Origin: Macrostomum hystrix
Lineage: Eukaryota; Animalia; Platyhelminthes
DNA length: 64,000 nt
Assembly (NCBI GenBank): GCA_950097015.1
Contig: CATNEN010000029.1
Coordinates: 372,001-436,000, forward strand
Reading direction: 5' to 3'
This document shows, in pieces, positions 37,244 to 49,699 of the stretch. Position numbers and translations under genes: made by a program. Below the pieces are notes generated by a model. The model did not search any database. It was not told the origin of the DNA and saw only the letters and a program-made list of their open reading frames with translations. Numbering within the stretch: position 1 is the first letter of the stretch; each line of letters opens with the position of its first letter.

Positions 37244-39513
37244 CTAGGCTATGTTGCTCCTCAGCCTAGCGTTGATCTCCTTCTCCTGTTTAAGCGCGCT
37301 GCCAGCGTGCAGTTTGTAGGCCGCGAATTCCTGCCTGAGGTCCGCCAGCGCCCGCCTGTGCCAATCTAAATCCGAGCGCAGCTTCCTGACTGCGGCGTCC
37401 GAGCTGACGGCCTCCGTCTCGCGGTTGTATCGCTCTTGAAGCTCGCGTAGGCGCTTCTCGGCGGCCTCCTGACGCTCGCGAGCCGCTCGGAGTTCGCGCT
37501 GTTTCTCTTCGCAAAGTCGGCCCCGCTCCATGGCCAGAGACAGCATGGCGTCCTTCTCTCTGCGGATTGGACGGCCTTTATGATAAACTGGGGTGTCCGA
37601 GATAAACTGGGGTGTCCGAGATAAACTGGGGTGTCCGAGATAAACTGGGGTGTCCGAGATAAACTGGGGTGTCCGAGATAAACTGGGGTGTCCGAGATAA
37701 ACTGGGGTGTCCGAGATAAACTGGGGTGTCCGAGATAAACTGGGGTGTCCGAGATAAACTGGGGTGTCCGAGATAAATTGGGGTGTCTGAGATAAACTGG
37801 GGTGTCCGAGATAAACTGGGGTGTCCGAGATAAATTGGGGTGTCTGAGATAAACTGGGGTGTCCGAGATAAACTGGGGTGTCCGAGATAAAATTGGCGTG
37901 TCCGAGATAGACTGGCGTGTTAGAGATAGACTGGCGTGTCCGATGTTCACTCAGGTGTCCGAGGTGTACTCGGGTGTCCGAGGTGTACTCGGGTGTCCGA
38001 GGTGTACTCGGGTGTCCGAGGTGTACTCGGGTGTTCGAGGTGTACTCTGGTGTCCGAGGTGTACTCGGGTGTCCGAGGTGTACTCGGGTGTTCGAGGTGT
38101 ACTCGGGTGTCCGAGGTGTACTCGGGTGTCCGAGGTGTACTCGGGTGTCCGAGGTGTACTCGGGTGTCCGAGGTGTACTCGGGTGTCCGAGGTGTACTCG
38201 GGTGTCCGAGGTGTACTCGGGTGTCCGAGGTGTACTCGGGTGTCCGAGGTGTACTCGGGTGTCCGAGGTGTACTCGGGTGCTCACTTGGTCAACTCCGCG
38301 GTCTTCGCCCTTCCAGACTCGCCCTCCGCGTCGGCCGCGGCCCGCAGCTCGGCCAGCTGGGCGTCCCGCGCCATGACCGCCGCCTGCGCTGCGGCGGCCT
38401 CCGACTCCAGCCGCTCGGCTCTGGCCGACAGCTCGGCAAGTCGCGCATTCAATCGCTCCGTGGTCTGGTTGGCCTCCTGGCGTGTCTCCAGCAGCTGCCG
38501 CTCGGCTGCGGTCAACCGGTCAGTCAGCTTGGCCGTCTCAGCGTCGCGCTCCCTCAATCGGGCGGCCACCAGCGTCTCGAAATGGTCGCGCAGCTTGGTG
38601 TTTTCCTGGCGGAGCGGGTGTGCGGGTCCCTTTTACTTGTGACGTGTTAACCGGTGAGTGACTGTGTGTTACCGGTGAGTGACTGCGTGTATTACCGGTG
38701 AGTGACTGTGTGTATTACCGGTGAGTGACTGCGTGTATTACCGGTGAGTGACTGTGTTAGTTACTGGTGAGTGACAGTGTGTGTTACCGGTGAGTGACAG
38801 TGTCTGTTACCGGTGAGTGACTGTGTATGTTACCTGTGAGGGACTGTGTTTATTACCGGTGAGTGACTGTGTGTATTACCGGTGAGTGACTGTGTGTATC
38901 ACCGGTGAGTGACAGTGTGTGTTACCGGTGAGTGACAGTGTATGTTACCGGTGAGTGACTGTGTATGTTATTTGTGAGTGACAGTGTGTGTTACCGGTGA
39001 GTGACAGTGTATGATACCGGTGAGTGACTGAGTGAGTGACTCCTATAAGTGAGTGTTCTATTGCGTGTGACTTCAGGGACACACCTTCTGCAGCCAGTCC
39101 TTCTGCTGCTTGTGCTCGTTGTTGAATCGAATCAGTTGCTCGTGGTTTGAGCTGAGCGTCTCGAATTGCTCCTCGAGCACGCGGAACCGATTCAGCTCCC
39201 GCTCCAGCCTTTGCTCGGCCTCCGTGCGCGCCTCCTCCAGCTCCTTGTTGAGCCGCTCCTGAGTCTGCGCCCTGACCAGGTTCTCGTCTGAGCGCTGCTT
39301 CAGCATCATGATGAGGTGCGACTGGTCCTCTACACGCGATCTGAGCAGGCCTAACTCGGACTTGTCCTCCGGTTCCAGATTGCGCAGCCGGCCCAGCCGC
39401 TGCTGCAGCTGATCGTCTGGCTGCGTCGGCGCGTCCTGCGAGGCGTGCGACGCCAGGCCAGCGAGATCAGCGACGTCCAGCTGCGAGTGCTGCTGCTGAT
39501 TCTGATGCGACAT
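37244..39513 (-). CDS. CCDC89: Coiled-coil domain-containing protein 89, 354 aa, 3 exons
   Basis: complement(join(39085..39513,38286..38605,37244..37559)) = 1065 nt, phases 0 and 2 consistent. LRSRVEDQSHLIMMLKQRSDE, FETLSSNHEQLIRF, KEKDAMLSLAMERGRL and EFAAYKLHAGSALKQEKEINARLR match the remembered CCDC89 pattern. Confidence 0.88.
37583..38280. repeat. Two adjacent related 19-bp minisatellites filling a CCDC89 intron
   Basis: GATAAACTGGGGTGTCCGA (37583-37930) is followed by GGTGTACTCGGGTGTCCGA (37955-38280). Confidence 0.94.
38650..39038. repeat. About 23-bp intronic minisatellite
   Basis: GTGTGTATTACCGGTGAGTGACT variants in CCDC89 intron 38606-39084. Confidence 0.9.
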
Positions 39514-39589
39514 TCTATGCCAACTGGGTGGTCCTCAATTTACTCCCCACTATCTACTGCTTGCAGTTTCTTGTCACTCCTAGCGATCT

Positions 39590-40218
39590 CTAGTCACTCT
39601 TAGTTACTTCTAGTTACTTCTTGATACTTCTGGTCACTCCTAGATACTTCAAGTCACTCCTAGATACTTCTAGTCACTCCTTTATACTTCTAGTCACTCC
39701 TTTATACTTCTAGTCACTGCTTTATACTTCTAGTCACTGCTTTATACTTCTAGTCACTCCTTTATACTTCTAGTCACTCCTTTATACTTCTAGTCACTCC
39801 TTTATACTTCTAGTCACTCCTTTATACTTCTAGTCACTCCTTTATACTTCTAGTCACTCCTTTATACTTCTAGTCACTCCTTTATACTTCTAGTCACTGC
39901 TTTATACTTCAAGTCACTCTTAGTTACTTCAAGTCACTCCTATATAATTCTAGTCCCTCTTAGATCCTTCTAGTCACTCCTAGATACTTCTAGTCACTCC
40001 TAGATACTTCTAGTCACTCCTAGATACTTCTAGTCACTCCTAGATACTTCTAGTCACTCCTAGATACTTCTAGTCACTCCTAGATACTTCTAGTCACTCC
40101 TAGATACTTCTAGTCACTCCTAGATACTTCTAGTCACTCCTAGTTACTTCTAGTCACTCCTAGTTAATTCTAGTCACTCCTAGATACTTCTAGTCACTCC
40201 TAGATACTTCTAGTTACT
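39590..40218. repeat. 20-bp minisatellite upstream of the CCDC89 ATG
   Basis: Tandem TACTTCTAGTCACTCCT(AG/TT)A. Confidence 0.93.
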
Positions 40219-41385
40219 CTGTTTAAAAAATCGTTCGCACAGGTGCTTTGAATGCGAACAGAAGTGATATTTTCAACGTTTCCAAAGTGATTTAGTGAGC
40301 AATCGCGCCTGATCAGCTTGTTAGTGACTGTGACAGGGTTGATCCGACTTATGGCCTCAGGTGTGCTGAAATTATTTTGTTAATTTAGCACACAGTTAAA
40401 CGATATAAAAAATGAGCCAAGCTTTCAGGCGTGAAAGACGGAAATAAAATAAATAATTTTAAGTGACATAACAAAAAAAGAGTTAGTGAGCGACAGTAAT
40501 AAATTTCTTATTAAATATTAAATTATTGATGTATGATTAATCATCGTGGAATAATACACTTAAAGTGACGAAGATTAGTTACTGTTTATAAAGGAAATCG
40601 TACACATCAGTAGAAGGTACACAGCTTGTCTTACCTTTGTTAAAAATATTCATCAGGCCCTCTAAAAAACTCCTTATTAGCATTTTTCATAATTTAATAC
40701 AGATGAAGCTGTTTTCCTTTCGCACTACTAGAAGTAGAAAAATAAGTAGACAAAAAGAACAATTTTTCATAAAAGTGAATGAATCTCTAAAAGAAGCTAT
40801 AGCTGATCAGTTTATATTTTTCTTGCAAAGTGTCACATTTTTTTCTCCGGTAAAGGTGACAGAAGAATAACAAAAATGGAAAATCTCAATGCTTTGAAGT
40901 AAGTGAAGTAATGAAAAAATTGTATTTACATAAAAAGGCAGCTAACACTATTTAGAGTTATCAGCACATGAAACTAGAACCCTGTGAATAATAAAGCTAT
41001 CCAATGCATTGGGTAAATTGTCATACTTTCTCGAACAAAAATATATTTAATATCATGTCAGAATCGTTAAAAAGTAAGATAATAGGATGTAGAGGTGAGA
41101 TGAGAGGAGAGATGAGATTAAAGAGCTAAACTAGTAGATTAATCAATTAGGAATTGTAGAGTGGTCATTGTTATTTTAAGCTTTGCACACTGGGCAGAAA
41201 GGTCTAGGACAAAAAATCGAAAGAAAAATATTAACACTGCCAATAAATCTGCAGTCCTGTTGGCGATGTCACTTGGCTTTGCCACCGCTGCCGAACCTGC
41301 TGCCACTAGTGTTCGCTTCTCCCATCGAGTATCTGCAATGGTGGGTAATTACGAGATGTCTTGAAGACTCCTACCTGCTGCAAAT

Positions 41386-41530
41386 CTAATCTGATCTCAC
41401 ACATGAGTTCTTATCTGATCTCACACATGAGTTCTTATCTGATCTCACACATGAGTTCTTATCTGATCTCACACATGAGTTCTTATCTGATCTCACCTGT
41501 GAATTCCAATCTGATCTCACCTGTGGATTC
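41386..41530. repeat. 24-bp short tandem array
   Basis: About 5-6 copies of CTGATCTCACACATGAGTTCTTAT. Confidence 0.85.
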
Positions 41531-42445
41531 TATTTGTATCTACCCCGTTATTTTTTGTCTCATGTCACTTGAGAATCATTAATCTTATCTCACCTGTCAA
41601 AAACATATCAAATTTCGATTGAGAAAATCCCAGCAAGTTACATGCTATATACAAAACATTTATCCAAAAATAAATTCTTAAACAACGAGTCATTATTTTA
41701 GGGCCGAGCTGTTCAGTATAGGGCTCGATGTGGACAACTGATTTTACAAGCAGTTCTCATGCAACCATTCTCAAATGTGAATTAAAACCATCATGTCCGA
41801 TACGTGTGGCAGGTGCCAATAATAACTATCAACAATGTGACGTCGCATTTTAGGGCAAACCTGGACTTAAAGACGAATAAAAAAATACATGAAATGCAAG
41901 CAGCAAATGCCTTGATTTTCAAGCGAGTTGTGACATTTTTACAAGACGGAAGTCGTAGAGCTTAGAACTCGAAATGGAGCTTGGAAGTGTTATTAGAAAA
42001 GGTACCTTATACTCGTAGCTCGTATTATTAACTTCTTAAAATGGCTAACAACCATATTTTACTGTGACAATTGTCTGCTGACTGCTGACAATGGCCAGCT
42101 GAATCTATTGTCTTTTGTAATTTTGCCGCGAACAGATATCGCTCGCAGGTCTTTGTGTTTAATAAAACATGGGACAAAGACAGACCAAAATATTCAAAGA
42201 GAATCTTGAAAGTGGAGATAGCTTAACGAAAGCTCTTTGAGAATCGGGTCCGACTGAGGAAATTAATTTACATTAATCCAGCGATTTCTCGTCGAGTGGC
42301 GAGAGCACGGTCGAAGTTGCAGACTGAAAAAAAATTGAATACGATGCTGCGAGCAACCATTTTTCCTGGGCATTCTGCGAATAATTATCCTCCTAGAAGA
42401 TGTTACTAAAGTCCATTTGATGCCTCTGAAATACGAGCTACTCCC

Positions 42446-45400
42446 TTACCGCGAGCTGCCATCCTTGCTGCTTCCGCCGCCGCCGTTGGCGCCACCTTTT
42501 GACTTGGTCGCAGGCGCGGGCACCGAGGGAATAACGCCTTGCACTTTGTAATAGTCCAGGAACGTGCGAGCCAGATTGCGACCCAGTTTTGCGTCTGGAA
42601 ACAAAATTTAACAGCCAAGTTTTGCATCGAGTTGAACGTAAAGACCAGGTTAAATATAACTTCTGACTTTAGAGAACGCGCATGCGATTAAGAGTATCTT
42701 CGCAGAGTATGCATCAAAAGTACGCTCGCTTTCTTGAGTATGCACCGTTTCTAAAGAACGCACGTACGAGTACCTAAGTACGCACGTACCTGAGTACGCA
42801 CGCACCTAAAGTACGCAAGTACCTAAGTATGCACGTACCTAAGTATGCACGTACCTAAGTACGCACGTACCTAAGTACGCAAGTACCTGAGTAAACACGA
42901 ACCGGAGTACTCATGGACCAGATAATAATGTGCCTTACTTTCTAGAGAACGCAATTTTAAAGATTTGTAACCAAAGAACTAGTTTTCATGACCCAAGCAA
43001 ATTGACTAAATAAGCTTAAAAGAGTTCACCACAACAACTCACAGCCTTCCTCTGTGTAGGGCAGAGTGCCCCCGGAGCTGCTGGCCATGTAGCTGAAGAA
43101 AGACACTTCGAGTGTGTAGCAGAGCACGGAGTCGTCGAAGATGCCAACCAGGGCCCTGGTGTTTGAGTGGATCACAATCGACAATACCAGAACGTAGCGC
43201 ATTAAAAAGCGTATTAAAAAGCAGGTAACCTACACCCAGGCCATGTGCTCATGTTGTGATTCAATGGCTCCCGTGGCCTTCTCACCTTCGCCCAGTTCCG
43301 GCCTTCACTGCGTCCCGATTAAAGTTGGTATTGGTGAGGCTGAAGTCCTCCGCATTCTGTTGGAACAGTTTTGGAAAGATGTTCTGCCTCTCTTGCTTGT
43401 CTGGATCGTCAAAGATGTTGCCGTACATGAAGCCGTTCATGAGGGTGCTGTGCGCATGAAGGTCACAGAAGAAGTCGATGTCGTAGTCCTATGTGGCAGC
43501 AAAGAGTTTTTTCATCGAAGCTGTGAGGTCTATTTAATGAGCCATCGATTATTTTGCACGCAAATGATGAGTGCGCCTATGTTACCTTGCCATTGTACAT
43601 GTCAATCATGACCTTTTTGCAGGCGTAGATGGTGGGATGGGCCCAAGGCGACGGCTCCTGCCAGTGACGGTTCAGGTCGAAGCCCATCAGGGAACAGCTG
43701 AAGTTTCGAGAAGCTAATTGACATGTAGGAAAGGAACCAGGTAAAATGGGGAAAGGAACCAGGTAAAATGGGGAAAGGAACCAGGTAAAATGGGGAAAGG
43801 AACCAGGTAAAATGGGGAAAGGAACCAGGTAAAATGGGGAAAGGAACCAAGTAAAATGGGGAAAGGAACCAGGTAAAATGGGGAAAGGAACCAAGTAAAA
43901 TGGGGAAAGGAACCAGGTAAAATGGGGAAAGGAACCAAGTAAAATGGGGAAAGGAACCAAGTAAAATGGGGAAAGGAACCAAGTAAAATGGGGAAAGGAA
44001 CCAGGTAAAATGGGGAAAGGAACCAGGTAAAATGGGGAAAGGAACCAGGTAAAATGGGGAAAGGAACCAGGTAAAATGGGGAAAGGAACCAGGTAAAAAT
44101 TGGGAAAGGAACCAGGTAAAAATTGGGAAAGACACCAGGTAAAAATAGGGAAAGGAACCAGGTAAAATGGGGAAAGGAACCAGGTAAAAACTGGGAAAGG
44201 AACCAGGTAAAAATGGGGAAAGGAGCCTGTAAGAAACTGGAAGTGGAACTGGGAAACGTAAAAAATCAGGAAAGAAACTATGAAAGTAACCAGTGAATCA
44301 AGTCGGGTAAGAAGCTTGAAGAGTGTTTCAGAACCTGATTAAGCACGGGAATTGTGACTATACGGTTAATAGTTAACCCGCACCGGTAGTTTCCCAGGTA
44401 GACACCGTCCGGGTTGAGCATGGGGATAATCTTGAACACAAGGTAGTCGCGCAGCTGCTTGGCGATGGGATGCGAGCTGACCAGGAAGTCGATGAGGCCC
44501 TGGCACACGAAGGAGGCCGGAGTCTCGCCCGGGTGAACCCGAGCGGTGATGAAGACCACCCGCTTCTGGGCCTCATCCGTGAGGTTGTCCGGATGGCTAA
44601 TGGTGAGCAGGTCAAGCCGCCTCTGCTGCACGCTGAGTCCCAGCAGGCCCCGCTGTACATAATCGAGGCCCTTTCGCTCGATGCTATCCAAATAGGCCTG
44701 CAGGCGAGTATAGGTGTACGGATAACAATACGCGAACTGATAAACGTCGTCCTCTTTGTCGAAGCAGAAAGCGAAGCTCAATACATAGTTCTTGCGGTGC
44801 TCAGGGCAGCGGTAATAGTACACGTGCTTCGGGGGTATCCGAACCCTGCAACGGTTTTTCATACAGAGCTTTATTAATCAAAAGGAAGTGGGGGAGGCTG
44901 ACTGGAGAATACTGTACTAAACATCATCTGTGTCTTTGGTACCGAAGTTCCAACCGCCCCATGCTGAACTATCAATTCACATTCTCTGCTGCGTAGAGCT
45001 CCATGGTTTTTACATCGGCAAAGCCGAACGGAAAGCTTGTGTGACCACTGTACTAAATGTGAAAGCCGGACACGATTTTAAAATTATCGACTGGATGCCA
45101 TGAATGACTATTTATTCATTTGCAAACAATCCAAAACTTGTAGTCCCGACCAAAAACCTGTCCTATCCGAGCAGTGCTTTGAACTAGCCGAAAACTCACC
45201 ACTTTGGCCGGCTGGTAGACTTAACAACCGGGGTCATTCCCTCCCTGTAGAGCGACTTGGTCTTACTGAAGTTCACAATTGTGAAAATCACTCTCTGAAA
45301 TTGAATGCGTTAATTCATTGGTGGTAGATAAACGCCAAGTTACTCGCTTAGACTAAGTTAACAAGGGCCAAGTTACCTGATCCGCCTTGACATTTTCCAC

Positions 45401-46703
45401 GGAGAAGTGGAACCACACCCGGTAGCGCTGGTTGCAGGTGTCTGGCCGGATGAACAGGTCGTATTCGAACTCGCTGATGTAGTCCACGCGACCGAGATTG
45501 CCGCCCTCGAAGCAGGCATCGAATATCAGGTGGCCCTTCTTCGGCTTGCCGGTGTAAGTTGGCGGTGTTACACAGAACTTGCTGACGTTGCCAACCATGC
45601 CCTCTTCGTTGGCCTCTTCATCACTATTGCCTGCTGAGTTTCAGAAAGTTTTAAGTTCATTTTACTTTGATTATATATTATTTTATAAAAAATCTTAAGT
45701 CAAAAGCACTTAAATAAAAAGTTTTAGCAACAGTAAAAAGAAAGTTGCAAGTTGTTCAACGAAAATGTATGTATAAATTACAAGCATATTTTCTCAAGTA
45801 AGTTATATATAATTATATTTATTTTTATGAGCTAGATGCATTATATTAGGAAAGCACAATATTTGTACTATTGTATGATTGTCTATAGCACATGTAGGAC
45901 AAATTACGTTTTTGATAATTATCAGTTAAAAATGGATAATGAAATAAACTACTTTAACGGTAGAACTATCAAGGGGTGTTTCTCCCTCGTGGTATAAAAG
46001 CGGGCGGCAAAATGGCAAGTAGTCCTACTGTTAATATACAAAACAATAAAATGAAGCTGCCTTACTAAAATGAGAACAGGAGTTTATTTGTGATAATACA
46101 TCGTTTGTATTTTTGTTCCTGAACAGCATAACTAATGAAATGCTTTCCAATTATGAATCCAAATTATTGCAATAACAGTAGTAAAAAGACAATTTGGTTA
46201 TGCTTGATGTATCGCGAGTAAACAAGGAAATTTGATAAAATAATTTTTGAAATGTTAAATGTAAAACAATATCGAAAAATTATTCAAACTACTGTACACG
46301 ATTCCGACGGACAATTCCTAAATCGTAATTGTTTTCCTAATCCCAATCCTAAATCCTAAATTTGTTTCGAAATAAATAGTAAAGTGCTCGGCCTGGATAG
46401 GGTTTGGTCATGATTAACATATAGTAAGCACCACTAAATATGTCTAATAACAAAAAATTGTATTTTTAATTATGCGCTAATAATTATGGCTTCTCAAATT
46501 ACAGTTAGTCACCATTTTTTCTTGGTAGTAGTTACTTATAAGTACATACGAGCGTATTATAAGTCTTTCCGATAGGAAGAACTTATTAGTTTGACAAGTT
46601 AAGCCTTTTATTGTTAAGCTGATACATTTTTGTCTTCCCTGACATTACCTGAATCAATTTGGTTAAAGTCATTTGCAACTGAAGCTTGCTGCTCAAAAGC
46701 CAT
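42446..46703 (-). CDS. AGBL4: Cytosolic carboxypeptidase 6 (tubulin deglutamylase, M14D), about 481 aa, 8 coding exons
   Basis: complement(join(46649..46703,45377..45633,45200..45294,44384..44845,43586..43697,43286..43488,43043..43155,42446..42594)) = 1446 nt, phases consistent. Motifs: KGHLIFDACFEGGNLGRV, FIRPDTCN, VNFSKTKSLYREGM, AYCYPYTY, ARVHPGE (Zn ligands), NPDGV, DLNRHW, DLHAHS (Zn ligand) and YTLEVS (catalytic Glu). Confidence 0.95.
42770..42900. repeat. 16-bp intronic tandem repeat
   Basis: GTACGCACGTACCTAA variants in AGBL4 intron 42595-43042. Confidence 0.8.
43727..44225. repeat. 22-bp purine-rich intronic minisatellite
   Basis: About 22 copies of GGAAAGGAACCAGGTAAAATGG in AGBL4 intron 43698-44383. 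Confidence 0.94.
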
Positions 46704-49699
46704 GATTTATTCAAGTCTTTACAAGGCCTGGATAAAAGTGGAAGAAAATCCGAAGTTGAATAGGCAGTTAATTACTGCTGATACAAAACGGACAGCTTAA
46801 ATATCTTAAAAGTTGTTTATTTTTTCCTGTTGGCATAATTAACATACACGCTTGTATTTATCGGATATATTGGTTTCTGGTCTAAAATTGTAGTTAGAAG
46901 GCAAGATCATTTGTTAAAACAATCAAAACCCACGGTATTATGAAGTCCGGAATTACCTTTATGTAAACGCTTAATGTAAACCGTTCAGTGGATAATTACG
47001 TCATGCAAATTACGTCAGTGATTAAACTTTGCAATAAAAATATTCGCTTCGATTTTCGTGAACAGTACGATTGTCTTTATTTTTTTAGTTTACAAACCTT
47101 TTCTTTGTCGACAAGCCTTGCCTAACTTGATACTTTACATAGAGTTAAACGGTGGAACGAGTATAAAGACTGCTTTTCTGTGGACTCCTTAATGGGAATT
47201 TTAAATACGTAATAGCGCTCATTTTTCCTTTTTTATCTATGTGAAATCGTATAAGGAACTGCAGCTGATCGGGTACATCGTGTAGTGTCATGAAGATCGT
47301 CTAAATGGAGGCTAGCTAGAACTAACTCATTTGAACGCGGGTTTAATCTAAAAACAGCTGACCACGAGTTGTTGATTTATAATTAGTAGGATTTAGAAGT
47401 TTTATTTACAATAAAGTGCAATAAAGTGCATGGCGATCGGTCTGGATATTTTGGAGTTCCTAAATTTTACAAGTCTAAATTTTGAGCTGTTTATCTACGC
47501 TCGTAGTTTATTTTCCGGTACGGCTCTTGCTATTCGAAAACATTAGTCTATCCATAAATGTGATTTTTGAGCGGCCTCACCTGCTTGTAAATGTACTCAC
47601 CGAATAAGGTGACAATACAATACTCGAGACAATAAGCAATGTCTGTGTATTTCGTGGCAGTATGTATTTTTCATGTTTCTGCTTGAAAACATGCAGTCAC
47701 AGAAAAATATTTCCTAATATTTTCATGAAACAATTGAAACTATACTTAATTTCAAGCATAATTATAAGCAAAACCGTAAAGTGCTTTCGCATACTTGCTT
47801 TAAATAGTATATTTTTATTTTATAGTATATTAGACGAAATTAAAATCACGTACACATGAATTATAAAATGTATAAAAACATTTTTCACATTTTTTACATT
47901 CGATACACTGACAGGAAAATGTCTCGCAATATATTTATTCTGTTTATATATTTATTTTAGTGCACTTTTAAGTTATTCGATTGTTAATTGATGCAGTTTT
48001 AGTGTAATAAATCGAATCACAATCAACGTTCACGTCGTTGAGTTTCACTATTTTGAAGCGTACAAAGATTAATTAGGGGCAGAGCCAAGACACATGTGGC
48101 TAAATATGTGATGAGGATTTTGCTGGTCAGTGCACCCCTGTGCGCATTGCGGTGGCACTGCGATGCTGTATATATGCCACATTCTTAATTGACTCAAACA
48201 GCAATTAATGCAGGCACTCGCAATGCAACTACAATGCAGCACGGACATTAGTTTGGTGCACTATTAAAATCTGGATCAGTGTGAGACGTCTAACAGCACA
48301 CTTACATTCATTATTTCTTGAAAATGATTTGCTTCTTTCGCTGAATTAGAGGAACTCTTTTTAAACTCGATCAGACTAAACTCACCTGTTGGCCTGTCGG
48401 GACAATTCTTAGATTTTATATATAGCATTTTATCTGCAGCTAGGGACCGTCTTTTGCGGCAGAATATGAAACACAGACGATGTTAAGTTCTTTAGTTATT
48501 GTATCTTGCCACCTCTCCTCTCTACCGCCTGCAGTTTGGAGGCCTGTAATGCTCTAAATAACGCTACAGCAATGCAAGTCTACCTATTGTTATTGCCAGT
48601 TGGGGTGGTAGAGGCTCACAGATCTGCAAAAAAGTGACTGATTCCGAGAGAATCGCGTCCCATAGGGCGGCACGGCTTGTGGTGGCTCTATACTATCTCT
48701 CTCTCTGTCTGTCTCTATGAATTCTCCGCTCTTTGTGGTACGGGGGGTTACTTTAACTTGAGCGCTATAAGCCCACACAGGCCTGATTCTTGACACTCGC
48801 CAGTCGTATATCAAAACCGTATTTGACAAGCGGTGCTCAACCCCGCGCCTCTCTTTCTCTCCCTATTGACTCCGACCCTGAAGCTATAGCGATATGAGTC
48901 AGTGGCAGAACCCGCAATATTGCTGGCCATTTCAGCGGCAGCAGTGGGGAGGGGAAGGTAGTCGTGCCGGGGTGGAATAGGGGGTGGGCGGTAGAAATGG
49001 CGGCACAGTTCTCAACTTCAGAAGCCGCCGCCGCGGCCACCGCAACAGCAGCAGCAGCAGCAGCAGCAGTGGGTGGGAAGAGAATGGATCGGGGGGGGGT
49101 AAGTGGCAAGCGGCAACTGAAAAAACTTGGGCCGCTAAGAGTAGCTTGCAATATATAATATAGTCAGCAATTGTGCAGCCGTACGGTGTGTGAGTGTGCC
49201 CTGATTAATTAGCTAATTTGCTGACTCGCTGTTTAAGACCCACAAGTGCCGCCACCCGATAGGTTGTAGCGAAGCCAGGCAAACGGAGTCAAGAGAGGCA
49301 TGGGTCCAATGAAATTCTTCAATTTTATTTTCTATGCTATTGTCAGGAGCCTGAGCTGCTGCTGCTGCTGCTGCTGCTGCCGAAGGAAACACAGGCCAGG
49401 CCAGGAAATAGAGATTTATGAGCAGCAACAGCTCAGCTGAGCAAGTGTGCCCCTGTTTTGGCACCGGTATATGGCTTATAGTTTCACGCAAAAGCTCGCA
49501 TTCCTTTTTACTTATAGAAACTGGACTTTTATTTTTGTCGAAGTTTACGATGGATTAAGGAAGATTGCTTTTCTAAGTTTCTAATTTTCAGCTTCTTCGG
49601 TGAGACTGCATGCGTCTTCACAACACCTTTCTTAGGCCTTAGGGGTAGGACATCTTTCTAGATGTCCTACCCCAGCCTCTTTATATGCTCCTACCTCTC

